DNA of 62,290 nt, filler included, from Hausera hauseri (GCA_046269625.1; 9 parts of 9 records of this genome joined end to end with filler, not necessarily neighbours in it); one strand, 5' to 3'. Positions 23,360 through 35,663 are shown, counted from the whole stretch's first letter. Notes: a model not told the origin generated them from the letters alone. A program made the numbers and translations.

Positions 23360-24469
23360 GCCCCTAGTAAATTTACCGGGACAAACCTAATCAAAAGATT
23401 ATCGGAAGATAAATTCGAAGATACAGCTAATAAAGGAATTTATAGGCCAAAGGACATAGAAACTTTTAGGCAATTTTTAGCATTTCTGCGACAGAAAACT
23501 TATGAACTGAATCGGGCCATGTCAGTGGTCATGGATGACACCCGCTTTCAAGCAAAATGGGAATCGTTACTCGGCGCTAATTACTATCAGAGAGTAACTT
23601 CTAAAATATTGTATAAGATTTGGGGAAGATTTATGATTTTCGGACAAGCTGCATCTAAATTCCTAGCCATCTACTTTTTAGTTCAGCTGATTAAAGCCGT
23701 AATCCAAGCCGTTATAAACGAATATGAAATATTCACATTAACAGGAATTTCCTGTAAAATTTTTACTGCAATCATCATGCATTTTGGAAAAATACTTAAG
23801 GCCTACAAAGAAAATCGATAAAAAAATGATGTAGAACGCCACGTCGGGTACTATAATCGCAAACGATGAGGGAGGCCCTCAATTTTATATAGATGTAAAA
23901 ACAAGAAAACAATAATAAGAAAGGATGATTCAGATGATGACGAGCCTAGGGGAGAAGTGAGTTCTAGAATGAAAAAGCATAAGACGTACTCAGTGATCAA
24001 TGCGCCACTGCCTATCATGCCACCAATCGCATCAATATATGAAGACTGTGACCGTAGATCGGTCATATCATGTAAGTCCGAAATCTACCAAAAAAGGAAA
24101 CAATATAGAGTATTACAGAAAATGAATGTTATCAACCAAGGACAAACAGAAAACTACCACGGAATATTGTACTCGAAAACGATACCGCGTCACATAGAAT
24201 CAAAATCAACGATCTGGGAGAACCAGAAACTGTGTTCGATCTCGGGTTCACTACCTCGGGGACCGCTCATTGGCAGTCGCGCCAATGAGGTGGCGGATAT
24301 TAATTTATACCCGAGCGGAGAATTAAGACAATTAAGGCAAGATATTCTTTCATCGCCAGAGATAACAATAAATGGACACAGAGTCTCTACTATAAAACAG
24401 TCGAAGATAGCGTCAAATTGCTTCGGAACAGTAGTAGAAGGAAGACCGTTCGCTAAAATACATATCAAA
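23360..24469 (+). mobile_element. Second, diverged copy of the env-tail-protease region of the 4806-12688 element
   Basis: KGIYRPKDIE, FMIFGQAAS..LAIYFL, DDDEPRG, YEDCD.RS, LYP..ELRQL, SNCFGT..EGRPFAKI all collinear; TM part and protease-proximal part share one frame. Confidence 0.9.
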
Positions 24470-24644
24470 NNNNNNNNNNNNNNNNNNNNNNNNNNNNNNN
24501 NNNNNNNNNNNNNTTAATTAATTAANNNNNNNNNNNNNNNNNNNNNNNNNNNNNNNNNNNNNNNNNNNNCATTATAACTCAGCGTCAGCTCTTGTTAATG
24601 CATTATAATTATAGCATCCATCATCTGTCATTCACTAAATCTTA

Positions 24645-25410
24645 TCAATTAAATTGTGCGTGAAAGTGAAGCAGCTTCACAATGGAGGTGTAAGCAGTGA
24701 CAACGGCATGCAGTTGCTCTAGACTCACGTATGCATATTGAGTGATTCTGTGAACATGTTTTAGCAATTTCAGTCTGGAGAGATGTGAAAATAATGGCCT
24801 AAATCCGTCGGGTGGTCGTAAGACAGTTGCTTTCGTCTTCTTACGTAGTCGTGCAAGGATCAGGGGCAACAAGAGAACAGACAAATATGCCAACACCATA
24901 CTTGTGGCAGAGGGCCCATCGATGGATCGAACCGACATAGAGAATGACATTAAAGAGCTTGGTCGTCAGGCCAACATCAATGAAAGTGATGAAACTACTG
25001 TCCCAATCAGGTTGTGAAGACTGCATCTAGCAAGGGATTGCAAGGCATTAAGAACACACAAGAGGCATTAGGAGGATCATGAATGAACACCCAGCTGGAG
25101 CCTGGAGTCGGTGTTCACTCATTCAAGGAGATTCTGAGGAGGGAATCCGAGCACCTATGGGTCTGCGAGGAGTGCAATAATGTAATCCTTGTTGAAATCG
25201 TAAACTCTCTAATAATTCATTTCCTGTTATTCCCGCATAATCTGTCATTAAAAAAAAAATGAAAGTCTCAACATAGAATCCAGTAACAGAATATTTTGAC
25301 GTGTCTGAGCTTACTCATTGATTCACTGAGACTGGGTGAAGCTCCACAACCCCGCCAAGATAACGCCTTCGTCACGGCAATGATTTCCACGGTCAGGCTG
25401 CTTGAGAATG
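24645..25410 (-). pseudogene. Degraded non-LTR retrotransposon fragments (RT-like and RNase H-like)
   Basis: KATVL...FRPL...LKLLKHVH and SLTVEIIAVTKALSW remnants. Confidence 0.45.
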
Positions 25411-26340
25411 CACAATTCCCCTGTTTTAAAATGAATTAATGAGTCAATGGAAATTGTTATTTCACTACATTAAAGAAATGAGGTTTTTGGTATTTTACAT
25501 TTCTGCTATAATCAACAAAGAATGCAAGCAAATATGAATTCTATAGAATACACTAAACGTTAATAGTGAGAAAACACTTTCATTTACTCGCTGGGCTGTG
25601 GGCACTCGTCCAGCTTTGTTTGTCTGGTGTTTATATTGGCTTAAATTAAAGTTGCTGTAACTTTGAGTTATCAACTTGTGTAAAATTTTGCATCAGTGCT
25701 GAAAAAGTTCATTTATTTTTCCATGCACACGTTACACGACATAATGAGCTTGACATCTTTTCTTTGTGGCCTGTATCTTCTTGTTGCTGTAATTATAATA
25801 TCTCTCTGTCTCTCTCTCCTCTGCATTCGGACAGGTCCACCCTGTGATGTGCGTGTTCCAATGTACTAGGCAGGTCACTGATCTTCCCTTTATGGGTCTG
25901 GTCTAATGCGTTGCACAGTGGTTTAGTGTGCCTGGGAGTGCTTGTTACTCAGGCATTCTCAGTTTATGGCAACACAGTGATCGGTCGTGTTATCATTTGC
26001 TGTGCGTCTTTTGGATTATTTCTAAATTATTTCTGAATTACCAGTGGATTAATATGAACGATTCACACACCGCCATGAGCGGACAACGAAGTGGTTTGTG
26101 GTGAAATGTTTTAAAATTCGACTTAAAGCTTATATATTGAGTTTTTGTGACATTTATGAACAATGACGGTAAGAATTACCCATTTCAGATAATTTACCAG
26201 TGTTCGATAGGTTTCACCTGGCGTGGTCTTACGTAATCTTACGGCAACGCCTCAGTCTGATTTTGCGTAATTTTACGTGTGGTTTGTCGAGCTATCCGGC
26301 TGATTACAAATGAATGTCGCGCTGAGGTAATATGTGAACA

Positions 26341-28614
26341 ATGGAAAATGCAGAGAGAGGCGTACTACTGGCTACATCTTCCAAGCCAACGACAAGGCGA
26401 ACAACCAGCAAAGCGTATGATTTGAACAAAGAGAGGGCTGTTCGAAGAAAACTCACCACGTGGAATACACCACCCAACGTTACGATAAAACATACAAATA
26501 AAGGACAATGTTGTACCATCACATTTCACAATACACAACACTATGAACTGTTCCGACATCTAGCCATCGAACACTACCAAAACTATAATATTGACTCGAG
26601 AACCGATAAACAGAACGCCCATGTTGAAGACAAAATAACCACGGCTTCTGTTACTATACATCTATATCATACAAAAAATAAGATACTAACACAAGGCACT
26701 GCCGAGTATCTCAGAATCTGGCTGGAGAACGAATTCCAGAATCTTCAAGCATCAGCTCTAGGCCAGACCACAGCAATGTTTATATATGATCCAGCATCCC
26801 CAACAAACACACTGAATTTCCCAAATACATCGGCTCCACTAGCGATCATGGACTGTAGCATTGCGCCAAACAAGCTGGCCATTGAAGATGGGAATGTCCC
26901 TCACAACCCTACGCCATCCACTGACGCTACCACTAACCATCTGTCTGGCGAAGATACATGTACAATTGTTATCCCATCTAAGGACGGCGTCACTAGAAGC
27001 ACCACCTGCGTTGAGACACAAGCTCATACACCACAAACATCCCAAATCCAGCTAATAGAGATTGAAAATCCCACAGTAGCAGACGTTGCATCAAGTCATG
27101 AGGTGATGGGAAATCTCAACGAACCTAATGTTCCAATAAAGCTGACTTGTTGTGAGGAGCAAATAACGAACCTTCGCAGCTGTATAAGCAACATGGTGGA
27201 CAAGTTAACTGCAGATCTAAAATCAGAACTGACTGCTATCAAAACAGAAATGCACTTCCTTCGAGAAGAAAACATGAAACTTATATCTCATATTAAACAA
27301 CTCGAAAAGAAGGTAGAAAACAAGAAAGAAGGCAGTCTTGATGACAACATGCCCACAACTACTGACAGCCACCCACAAAACAACTCTGCTTTATCCACTG
27401 AGGCAGCCTCGACTTGCAGCAATGAATATTTATCACACTCTGAGACTGCAGCAAATACAACTACAACCACCATGCTAGCGAAAGAAGCGCCAACAAAAAA
27501 TAAAACCTTTCCAATAGAGGTCAAAATTACGAACCGTCAACAAGAGACAGAGAAGAAACTGCCGCATAAAATTACAGATTCGCAAACCTCACGTGGCACT
27601 CCACAGCCAAGTCTCAATCAAAGTGAGTACTCTGATAATGACAACCAATGGCAAGTAAAACAACGGCGACATCGACACCTGCCACAGCGACACGTTCAAA
27701 ACGACGCCACCAGCGTTATAATTGGCGACTCTTTGTTAAACGGCATTCATGCCGACAAAATGTCCATTAGCCCAGACGAGGTGGTCGCAGTACTTGTACT
27801 GCCAGGTGCTGGGGTGGAACGACTGACTTACGAAATGAGTCGCCTTAAAACCAATGGGAGTGTTAACAAGACGACAATCCACGTTGGTATTAATGACTGT
27901 TCAAATGGCCGCGTCTTACACGAGAATGATCTTCATAAAATGATCATTACGGCTAAAAAAGTATTCCCAAGCAGCCAAATCTATATGTCCTCTATTATTC
28001 CCCCCAGCCAAGGCAGCCTTCGTAGAATAGTGGACAAGACCAACAACGTGATCAATGCGTTCTGTAACAAATACGCCCTTGGTTTTATCAATAATACACC
28101 ATTCTTCACATCGGGCTCGGGGGCACCAAAAAAGGCCCTATACAGAGACGCGATCCACACATCCAAACTAGGAACAAGCTATCTGGCGAAAAATATAAAA
28201 TTTCCTGAAAGGACAAGTCATGAACGCCGAATGCCGCAGCGTGAATACAAAGCTGTTGACCCAGCCAATAGGCAACAACAGAAAATCTCGCCACTACTGC
28301 CCGCACCTAAAACAACGGGCGAAACTCAACGTTTGCCATATCAGCAAAGTCTGCCATATAATGAAGCATTTCCAGCGCTTCCCACAAGGCAAGATCCTCC
28401 AGCCAGCTGGGCAGACCTGACCATGGCTAATCCAGGCACCAGTAATTCCCCAGTCACAAGAAACACAGCAGGGAAACCGGCCTTAGCCAATCACTTTTCT
28501 GATGGCTCAGAACGATCTGTTCACAGCCCATCGATAGTTCATTATCTTATGCAGTACAACCCTGTAATCTTACGACAAGCTTTGCAGATGTCGTTACAGG
28601 GCATCACTCAGTGA
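26341..28614 (+). CDS. CR1/L2-group LINE ORF1 with coiled coil and SGNH/GDSL esterase domain
   Basis: 757-aa open ORF; IIGDSL, PGAG, HVGIND and DAIH esterase blocks; coiled coil LKSELTAIKTEMHFLREENMKL. Confidence 0.9.
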   Translation: MENAERGVLLATSSKPTTRRTTSKAYDLNKERAVRRKLTTWNTPPNVTIKHTNKGQCCTITFHNTQHYELFRHLAIEHYQNYNIDSRTDKQNAHVEDKITTASVTIHLYHTKNKILTQGTAEYLRIWLENEFQNLQASALGQTTAMFIYDPASPTNTLNFPNTSAPLAIMDCSIAPNKLAIEDGNVPHNPTPSTDATTNHLSGEDTCTIVIPSKDGVTRSTTCVETQAHTPQTSQIQLIEIENPTVADVASSHEVMGNLNEPNVPIKLTCCEEQITNLRSCISNMVDKLTADLKSELTAIKTEMHFLREENMKLISHIKQLEKKVENKKEGSLDDNMPTTTDSHPQNNSALSTEAASTCSNEYLSHSETAANTTTTTMLAKEAPTKNKTFPIEVKITNRQQETEKKLPHKITDSQTSRGTPQPSLNQSEYSDNDNQWQVKQRRHRHLPQRHVQNDATSVIIGDSLLNGIHADKMSISPDEVVAVLVLPGAGVERLTYEMSRLKTNGSVNKTTIHVGINDCSNGRVLHENDLHKMIITAKKVFPSSQIYMSSIIPPSQGSLRRIVDKTNNVINAFCNKYALGFINNTPFFTSGSGAPKKALYRDAIHTSKLGTSYLAKNIKFPERTSHERRMPQREYKAVDPANRQQQKISPLLPAPKTTGETQRLPYQQSLPYNEAFPALPTRQDPPASWADLTMANPGTSNSPVTRNTAGKPALANHFSDGSERSVHSPSIVHYLMQYNPVILRQALQMSLQGITQ

Positions 28615-29217
28615 TAGTATCTGCATTAAACTAATATGTGCTCATTTAATTTGATCTATGGAATGTTGTCTACATACGCTTTCTCTCGGCAACGCATTGA
28701 TTTTTATAACTAACAAGTATTTTGTTTAAGAAAACCTGTTTTGACACTCAACACTATAGAGAAGTGTTAGTTTGCTGTTCTATTCACGAACACAAAGAAC
28801 TTTTGACAATTTGCACTAATTAGTGCCTTTTAACATTTTTTTTTTCTGTTCTGCTACACATTATAGAGAAACTATTGACTGTTTTATTTTTCTTCTGTCC
28901 TAAACGGAAGGCACAACTTTTATCTTGGTTGTTTCACTTTGTTCTCTGTACAGGTGCAGATCACGGTCACTGACATTTGAAATCATAATCATCAGTTAGC
29001 TTGACGTTTATGGACGTTTGAGTTCGTCTTTGCGTATTTGACTGTGTTGAAAATATTGATGCATTCCTGTCTGTTTTTAACTTGCCACATTTTATAGAGT
29101 GCGTCACTACAACAATTACTGTGTAATTTCTGTTCATCCGTTATTGATAATTTTGACTTTTTCTTGTTATACATTGTATTTCATTCGCATTTTGCCTTTT
29201 CTTAAAAACGATACTTA

Positions 29218-31368
29218 ATGACTCAACCAATCAAAACCGAGTATCCAAATCAACATGGTCTCAGGATTGGACATCTTAACATTTGTCATCTTTTTAACAT
29301 CGGTAAACTGACCGAACTAAACTCTCTCTTACACAACAACAACAATAATTTCCACATTTTTGGTCTAACAGAAACAAGACTGAATCAACATATTTTGGAT
29401 TCAGAGCTCCAGATTACTAACTACAATATTCATCGAAAAGATCCGACAATTAAATTACAGACTGGGGTGGCAGTATATGTACATACAAGTCTCAAAGTAA
29501 TACGTCGACTAGACCTTGAATGTCCTGAAGTCGAGTGTATGTGGTTGGAAGTTTGTCTTCCACACACATCTCCTCTCTTGATATGCATTCTGTACCGGAA
29601 TCCCGAGGCCAGAGTAAGATGGTTTGATCATTTTACAGACATGATGGATGTTGTTTTTAATACCTCTCTTGAAGTAATAATCTTAGGAGACTTTAACATT
29701 GACGCCACGAAACAGAATGCAAACTGGGAAAATCTCTACTCCCTGTTTAACTTACAACAGATGATATCACTACCGACCCGAGTCACGGACAAGTCGTCCA
29801 CATGCATAGATCATATCTATGTTAGCAACACTGCCCGAATTCTAGAAGTGTGCGTCCCTGTCTGCGGTCTTAGTGATCACTATCCGATCTGCTGCACGTG
29901 GACTAAGAAGGGTGTTCGAATCCCCAAATTACGCCACCATATTGTTCATAATCGTTCATTCAAAAATTTTAATGAATCGGTTTTTCTGGCAGACCTATTG
30001 GCGGCACCCTTCCATAATGTGTACGGGTCATCCACTGCCAGCCAAGCCTTGGAAACGTGGCTAAAAACCTTCATAACGGTCTTGGACTGCCATGCTCCCC
30101 TGCGTGCAAAACGTGTGCAATCTAAAACTATACCACCTTGGATAACCTCGGAATACTTAGCCCTGAGGCGCCAAAGAGACTATTTTAAAAAAATAGGGGA
30201 CCACGCAAACTACAAAAAATACAGGAACCTATCGCAATATGTACTGAGAAAATCTAAAAAAGATCACTTTACAGCGATAGTAGAAAATGGTAAAAACTCT
30301 TCAAAAATATGGGATGCAATAAACAAACTTACAAACACAAACCAAAGCAACCAATACCACTCCAGTAATATCTCTGCCGATAACTTTCGTCACTTCTTTT
30401 CCTCAAACACAAAAGCCGCAGAAACAAACTGTCCTCCTTCTGATTACAATGATCTTTCTAAATTTATTCAGTCTAAACTGAATGGCACTGATCTTCCTGA
30501 CCTACCTTTTCTTTCTGCTACAGAAGTAGTCTCCTTAATCAGAAGCCTGCCTCGCAAGAAATCTTGTGGTATAGATGGAATTTCACCACGTATCCTGCAT
30601 TTAGCAGCCCCTGTGGTAGCTGAATCTCTCACATACATATATAACTTATGTATTGCTCAAAAGACTTTCCCGGACCACATGAAAGCAGGGATCGTGATTC
30701 CAGTCCCCAAAAAAGGCAACCCTGATCTTGTAGAAAACTATAGACCGATTTCGTTACTTTCTGCAATCTCCAAGCCTCTCGAGCGACATATCTATAATCA
30801 TATGCAAATTTCTATTAATAAATTTAATCTCTTACATGAGAATCAATCGGGCTTTAGGCGTAACCACTCCTGTCAGTCTCTACTAACAAAACTCACCGAG
30901 ATATGGCACTCAAACATAAACTGTAATAAAATCAATGGTGCCCTGTTGATAGATTTATGCAAAGCCTTTGACAGAATAGACCACCGTATACTTTTACATA
31001 AACTAAAATTGTATAAGTTTCATTCGAACGTCATCTCAATGGTTCAGTCCTTTCTTGAAAATCAAACACAACGTGTTCTCCATAATAATACATTATCCCA
31101 GCCCTATACTGTATCGGTTGGGGTTCCACAGGGCTCAATAATGGGCCCTCTACTTTTTAATATATATGTCAACGATCTTCTGTTAACACTCCCACATGAT
31201 GAAAGTCTCATGTTTGCCGATGATACAACTCTGACAGTAGCTAGCACAGACATGCACTCTGTAGAATCCCGACTACAGCACCATTTAAATGTACTACATC
31301 GGTGGTGCCTAGCCAATAAAATGTCCATTAATATTGCCAAGACGAAGTCGTTAATAGTATCCACAAGA
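29218..31368 (+). CDS. CR1/L2-group LINE ORF2 (APE endonuclease plus reverse transcriptase), cut by contig end
   Basis: LTETRL, LGDFN, IDHI, SDH; NYRPISLL, QSGFR, KAFD, GVPQGS..GPLLF, FADD; no stops. Confidence 0.95.
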
Positions 31369-31491
31369 NNNNNNNNNNNNNNNNNNNNNNNNNNNNNNNN
31401 NNNNNNNNNNNNTTAATTAATTAANNNNNNNNNNNNNNNNNNNNNNNNNNNNNNNNNNNNNNNNNNNNTGTTGACTTGAAGTACTAATTAA

Positions 31492-32025
31492 ATGACTCAA
31501 CAATGGCTGATGTTAATTCAAATTCACAATTTTGCTACCACAGAATTCGATAATCTTCCTTTTAAAAGTAATGATGAGATCCAAACGAATAGTTTGGCAG
31601 AAAACTGTTATGATGATACAAAAGATGGATTGAAAAATATAGATTTTGATACTCAAATAGGCCTGAAACGAGTTGCAGACAAAGATGAAGACAATAATAC
31701 AAAATGTACAAGAAATTGTGGTCTGCTCAATACTGATCAACATTCACTACTTGAACATTCTACACTTTCCATGAAAGAACATCCAATAAGTAGTCACAAC
31801 GACCATGTTGCTAGAAATAATGTACCTCAAGAAAACGACCACAGTGACATGATTTCTCCTGACCATTTTGATAAGGACAGTCGAAGACCTTTTCTCGATT
31901 ATACTACAGAATCTGTTGATGTAACATATCTACCTGTTATATACGATTCTAGATGTCATAAAAAGTCGGAAATATCATACAGCTTTACTCGTCAAACGCT
32001 TTCATCAATTCAGTCTTCGAAATAG
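31492..32025 (+). CDS. Hypothetical low-complexity ORF of unknown origin
   Basis: 177-aa open frame in AT-rich DNA with no recognisable motif. Confidence 0.25.
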   Translation: MTQQWLMLIQIHNFATTEFDNLPFKSNDEIQTNSLAENCYDDTKDGLKNIDFDTQIGLKRVADKDEDNNTKCTRNCGLLNTDQHSLLEHSTLSMKEHPISSHNDHVARNNVPQENDHSDMISPDHFDKDSRRPFLDYTTESVDVTYLPVIYDSRCHKKSEISYSFTRQTLSSIQSSK

Positions 32026-32129
32026 TCTAGAAAACCTTAATGATTATGAAAAACCTCGTGTTGATTGCCCCAAAATTGTGAAAACCGTAGAGACAATACA
32101 TTCCGTTCAAAATCCGACGAAATACGATT

Positions 32130-32748
32130 CGGTCAAAAGACAACCATTGTCACGATCAGTCTTGTCCAGTTCATGAGAAATCCGCTACCTTATCTCATGG
32201 TCGGCATGGATGGTGGCGGTCTCGTCCGTTTCCAAATTGACCTATTGAGATGGACACACCAAAAGCTGGATGCCGTACTGACGGAACAACGACGAGTCAC
32301 CATCGGTGCTGGCCCGTACATGCGATTGTTATTGTTGACATCACTCAATCAATCACACGAATTGCGTGTATTTGACTGTTTCAATCATCTGAGTATCATC
32401 CATTATAGCGACGGACGACTGTTATTTAGCAGTACTAATTTGAAAAACGAGGTATCGTCAATGCGTCCATTGAACAGCAGTGTTTACAGAAACTATCTCG
32501 TACTCGTCAGCGAGCCAAACGTCATATTCGGTAGTATCGATAAAATAGAGAAATTGCACGTGCACAGTGTCCATCTCGTCGAGAGTCCACGACGTATGGC
32601 AATTCTGAAGGGAACCGACACAATCGGTTTAGTCACAGTCCGATTTGATACATTCCACGATGGTTCATTTCGTCCGGTTCGTTCATCAGTCTTAGCGGAT
32701 GAGAAATTGTCGAGGAGTGCCAGTCCGAGTCCGGATTACGTGAAATAA
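32130..32748 (+). pseudogene. DDB1: DDB1-like beta-propeller fragment
   Basis: YLMVGMDGGGL...RRVTIG...LLFSSTNLK..V..M.PLNS..Y...L......FGSIDKIEKLHVHSVHLVESPRR parallels DDB1 (KVTLGTQP...LVFSNVNLK...[23 protein letters not shown]); both ends are missing. Confidence 0.8.
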
Positions 32749-33039
32749 ACGGCGATAAGGAAAATACGGGACATCGAATCGTCTCAGTTGCTCGTCCTCC
32801 ATTAGACGTCGATGGAATCGATTCATGTGCATAGTTATTTCTGTTCTGAGGATGATGCAGTAACAGGCGATCTTTATCATAGCTGGTATGATTTAATGGA
32901 TTATTACCTATATATTTATGATTTTGGATAAACAATTCCTATTCAATATATTGCTGATAATCGCAGAAACTTTAATTTTGATCCCAAAGGACTTCGGTGT
33001 TATACAACAGATTATGATAACACTTCAAGTGGAGAATTC

Positions 33040-35563
33040 GGGCACCCCGCATTTTGGTGCCCGTCCCGCCGAGGCGGAGGTCCTGACCGCCAAACTTGCG
33101 CCGGTCGGTCTGGGGGCACTTTCGACGTCGGTCCCAGGTCACGCTTCCAGGCGCACCACTACTCTCCCCATTTACTTTTTTTTCTATAATAATACCCACA
33201 AATATACGGCCAACACAAAACACCTACACATTTCCACCCTTCAGACCCGCATCTCTTCCTCCCTTGGGTCTTCCGACTTCCTTCTTACTCATCACGGCGC
33301 TATCATTTATCTTAACGAAATTTCCTCTTTTCCTAATCTAACTTGCTTCGACATACATCTCCGTATCCGTGGTGGAATGAATTCCCCACCAACCATTGAC
33401 ACCATGGATACAACTACCACAAATAAACCAATACCCATCCTTTATTACTCCAGACCAAACCCTCCACTTTCTTCAATCCATGCAAATCTCCATAAAAACC
33501 CTACCAACACTTTTCACAGCACTGAATACTTTGTAGGTAACGAAAAATCTAGTAAGACGTGGCTTCATTTCCACCAACACTGGCTCCAGTCTAATGCTAT
33601 CACTGAATCCTTATCTAAAGCCTATAGCTTGCTCTATCATCTCCCAAACTCCATCAAAGCCTCGATACATAATCTACTAGAAATCTTTCAAAATTCTGAC
33701 CCGTATACCCAATTATTCGACGCTGTATTAAAGCAGACTGAATCCTTAATTGACTCCATAATGCAGCGTGTCTTCAACGAAAATGCGCTGGGCACGCAAA
33801 AACTCAGTTACTTCTTACGCACTTTACTAGCACACTTGCGCACTCTTGGAGTAACTCAGAAATATAACCCGGATCTTCTACGCCATTATTTTATGAACGC
33901 TTTACCTATCCAAATCCGGACCATTCTTACCGTGGTGGGAGACTCCACGCAGCTTGAAAAATTGGCCGAATTGGCTGACAGGACATACGACGTCCTAAAC
34001 ATAAATTCGTAACCCGTAGTTTCAGCAGCAGTTGCTGCTAACGACATACAAACAACCAACATGCCCATAGAACAGCAGCTAAATCAGCTACGTGCTGAAA
34101 ATATTGCATTGCAGGCAACTATCAACAACAAATAATAAACTAAATAAATTGTCTTTGTCCCGACGAGGGGGCTTTGCCGCTGACCGTACCCCTTCCACGT
34201 CACGAAACCGCTTACCATCGCCTGCGCGTTCGTCGATCTGCTACTACCACAGCAGACTCAACACAAATGCTCAGAAATGCTGTCTTGGTTGCCAATTTTA
34301 CAATAGTAAATTTTCTTCCAACAAGGTTATCTGCATTTACCATGCAAGATTCAAAAATCAAGCATGTAAATGTATTCCCGGCTGCACCTTCAAATCCAAT
34401 ACGAACGACGGACGTATTGCCTTCACTTGAAACATTCGTCCCACTTCTCCTTTTCCAAAAACTAACTTCGCCACCAGAAGTCACGGCAACCGCTGGCGAA
34501 GGCACTTCTTCACACTCTAAACGCCGACATGTCTCTTTCGCAGTCTTCACGCTAAAAGCCGCAATCACTGCCCCTACAAATCAATCTCTTGACTTCCTTA
34601 TTGATACAGGGGCAGCCATTTTTCTATTACCGCAAACCTTTCCTACACAAAACTCTCGTTTCAAAATCAAGTTTTTATATACTGCTTCAGGCCAGCCGAT
34701 GCACATCTCGGGCACGGCTACAGTGTCTTTCACGCTACCAAATTTCTCTACATCTTTCCGCTGGAGGTTCACAGTCGCTAATGTCCAGTCGGCAATCCTT
34801 GGATCTGACTTTCTCTCGCACTACAATCTACTGGTTGACTGCAGCCAGCGATGTTTGAGGAAAGGCACCGTTGGCGACATTTCTGGACATGTTAATAACG
34901 TTTCGACTACCGCGCAGTTGACCGTGAGGCGGAAGTCAATCTTAAAAAAGGCCGCAAATAATTCGATTTTTTATAACAATAATTCGAATCTTCATAATAA
35001 TAATTCAGTTCGAAAATTTTTAAACAATAACTTTGATATACGATCGAGATTTGATGTCGATAAGTGTGGTGCTACCACCAACGCTAACTCCTTCGACGGA
35101 AATACCTCAGCCAACACCATTTTCAATTCAACCATTTTACACCAAATACCACTTGGCTGCACGTCATCTAACAACTCACACATCGCATCCGCCACCACTC
35201 AAACCGTTCCACCACTTTCACCGAATCTATCACAGCTACGTACCATGTTACAGCAAATCATCAACAAATCATGTCCACGAGTACTTAAAAAAGACCGTAC
35301 TTTTACTCCCGCAAACAGCGCCTTACACCACATAGTCACACAGCACCAACGTCCAATACGCCACAAAGTACGGCCTCTGTCACCTCGCCGTAGACAGGCC
35401 GTAGAAGCCGAATTTCTTGAGCTTGAACGTTCTGGCATAGTACGCCGTTCCAAATCTCCTTGGTCTTCACCGTTACACGTCGTACAAAAAAAGGACGGTA
35501 CCTTTAGACCATGTGGTGATTACCGACAGCTTAACAACTTGACCATCATGGACGCATATCCTT
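33040..35563 (+). mobile_element. CsRn1-like Ty3/Gypsy element, 5' part: LTR end, PBS-like TGG at 33055, ubiquitin-like leader, Gag with two CHCC fingers, protease, start of RT
   Basis: Gag ...FMNALPIQIRTIL...LAELAD; CYYH...AQKC..GC and CIYH...ACKC.PGC; FLIDTGA; ILGSDFL; [24 protein letters not shown]. Confidence 0.92.
34456..34501 (+). promoter_or_regulatory. Probable -1 ribosomal frameshift signal (gag/pol)
   Basis: Imperfect slippery run CAAAAAC, then TAA, then stem CTTCGCCA...TGGCGAAG, just upstream of the protease. Confidence 0.55.
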
Positions 35564-35663
35564 NNNNNNNNNNNNNNNNNNNNNNNNNNNNNNNNNNNNN
35601 NNNNNNNTTAATTAATTAANNNNNNNNNNNNNNNNNNNNNNNNNNNNNNNNNNNNNNNNNNNN

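Noticed and set aside
32918-33050. Hydrophobic N-terminus of the 364-aa ORF suggesting a secreted Gag
   Set aside because: It lies upstream of the LTR end and PBS, so it is probably chance read-through from flanking DNA.
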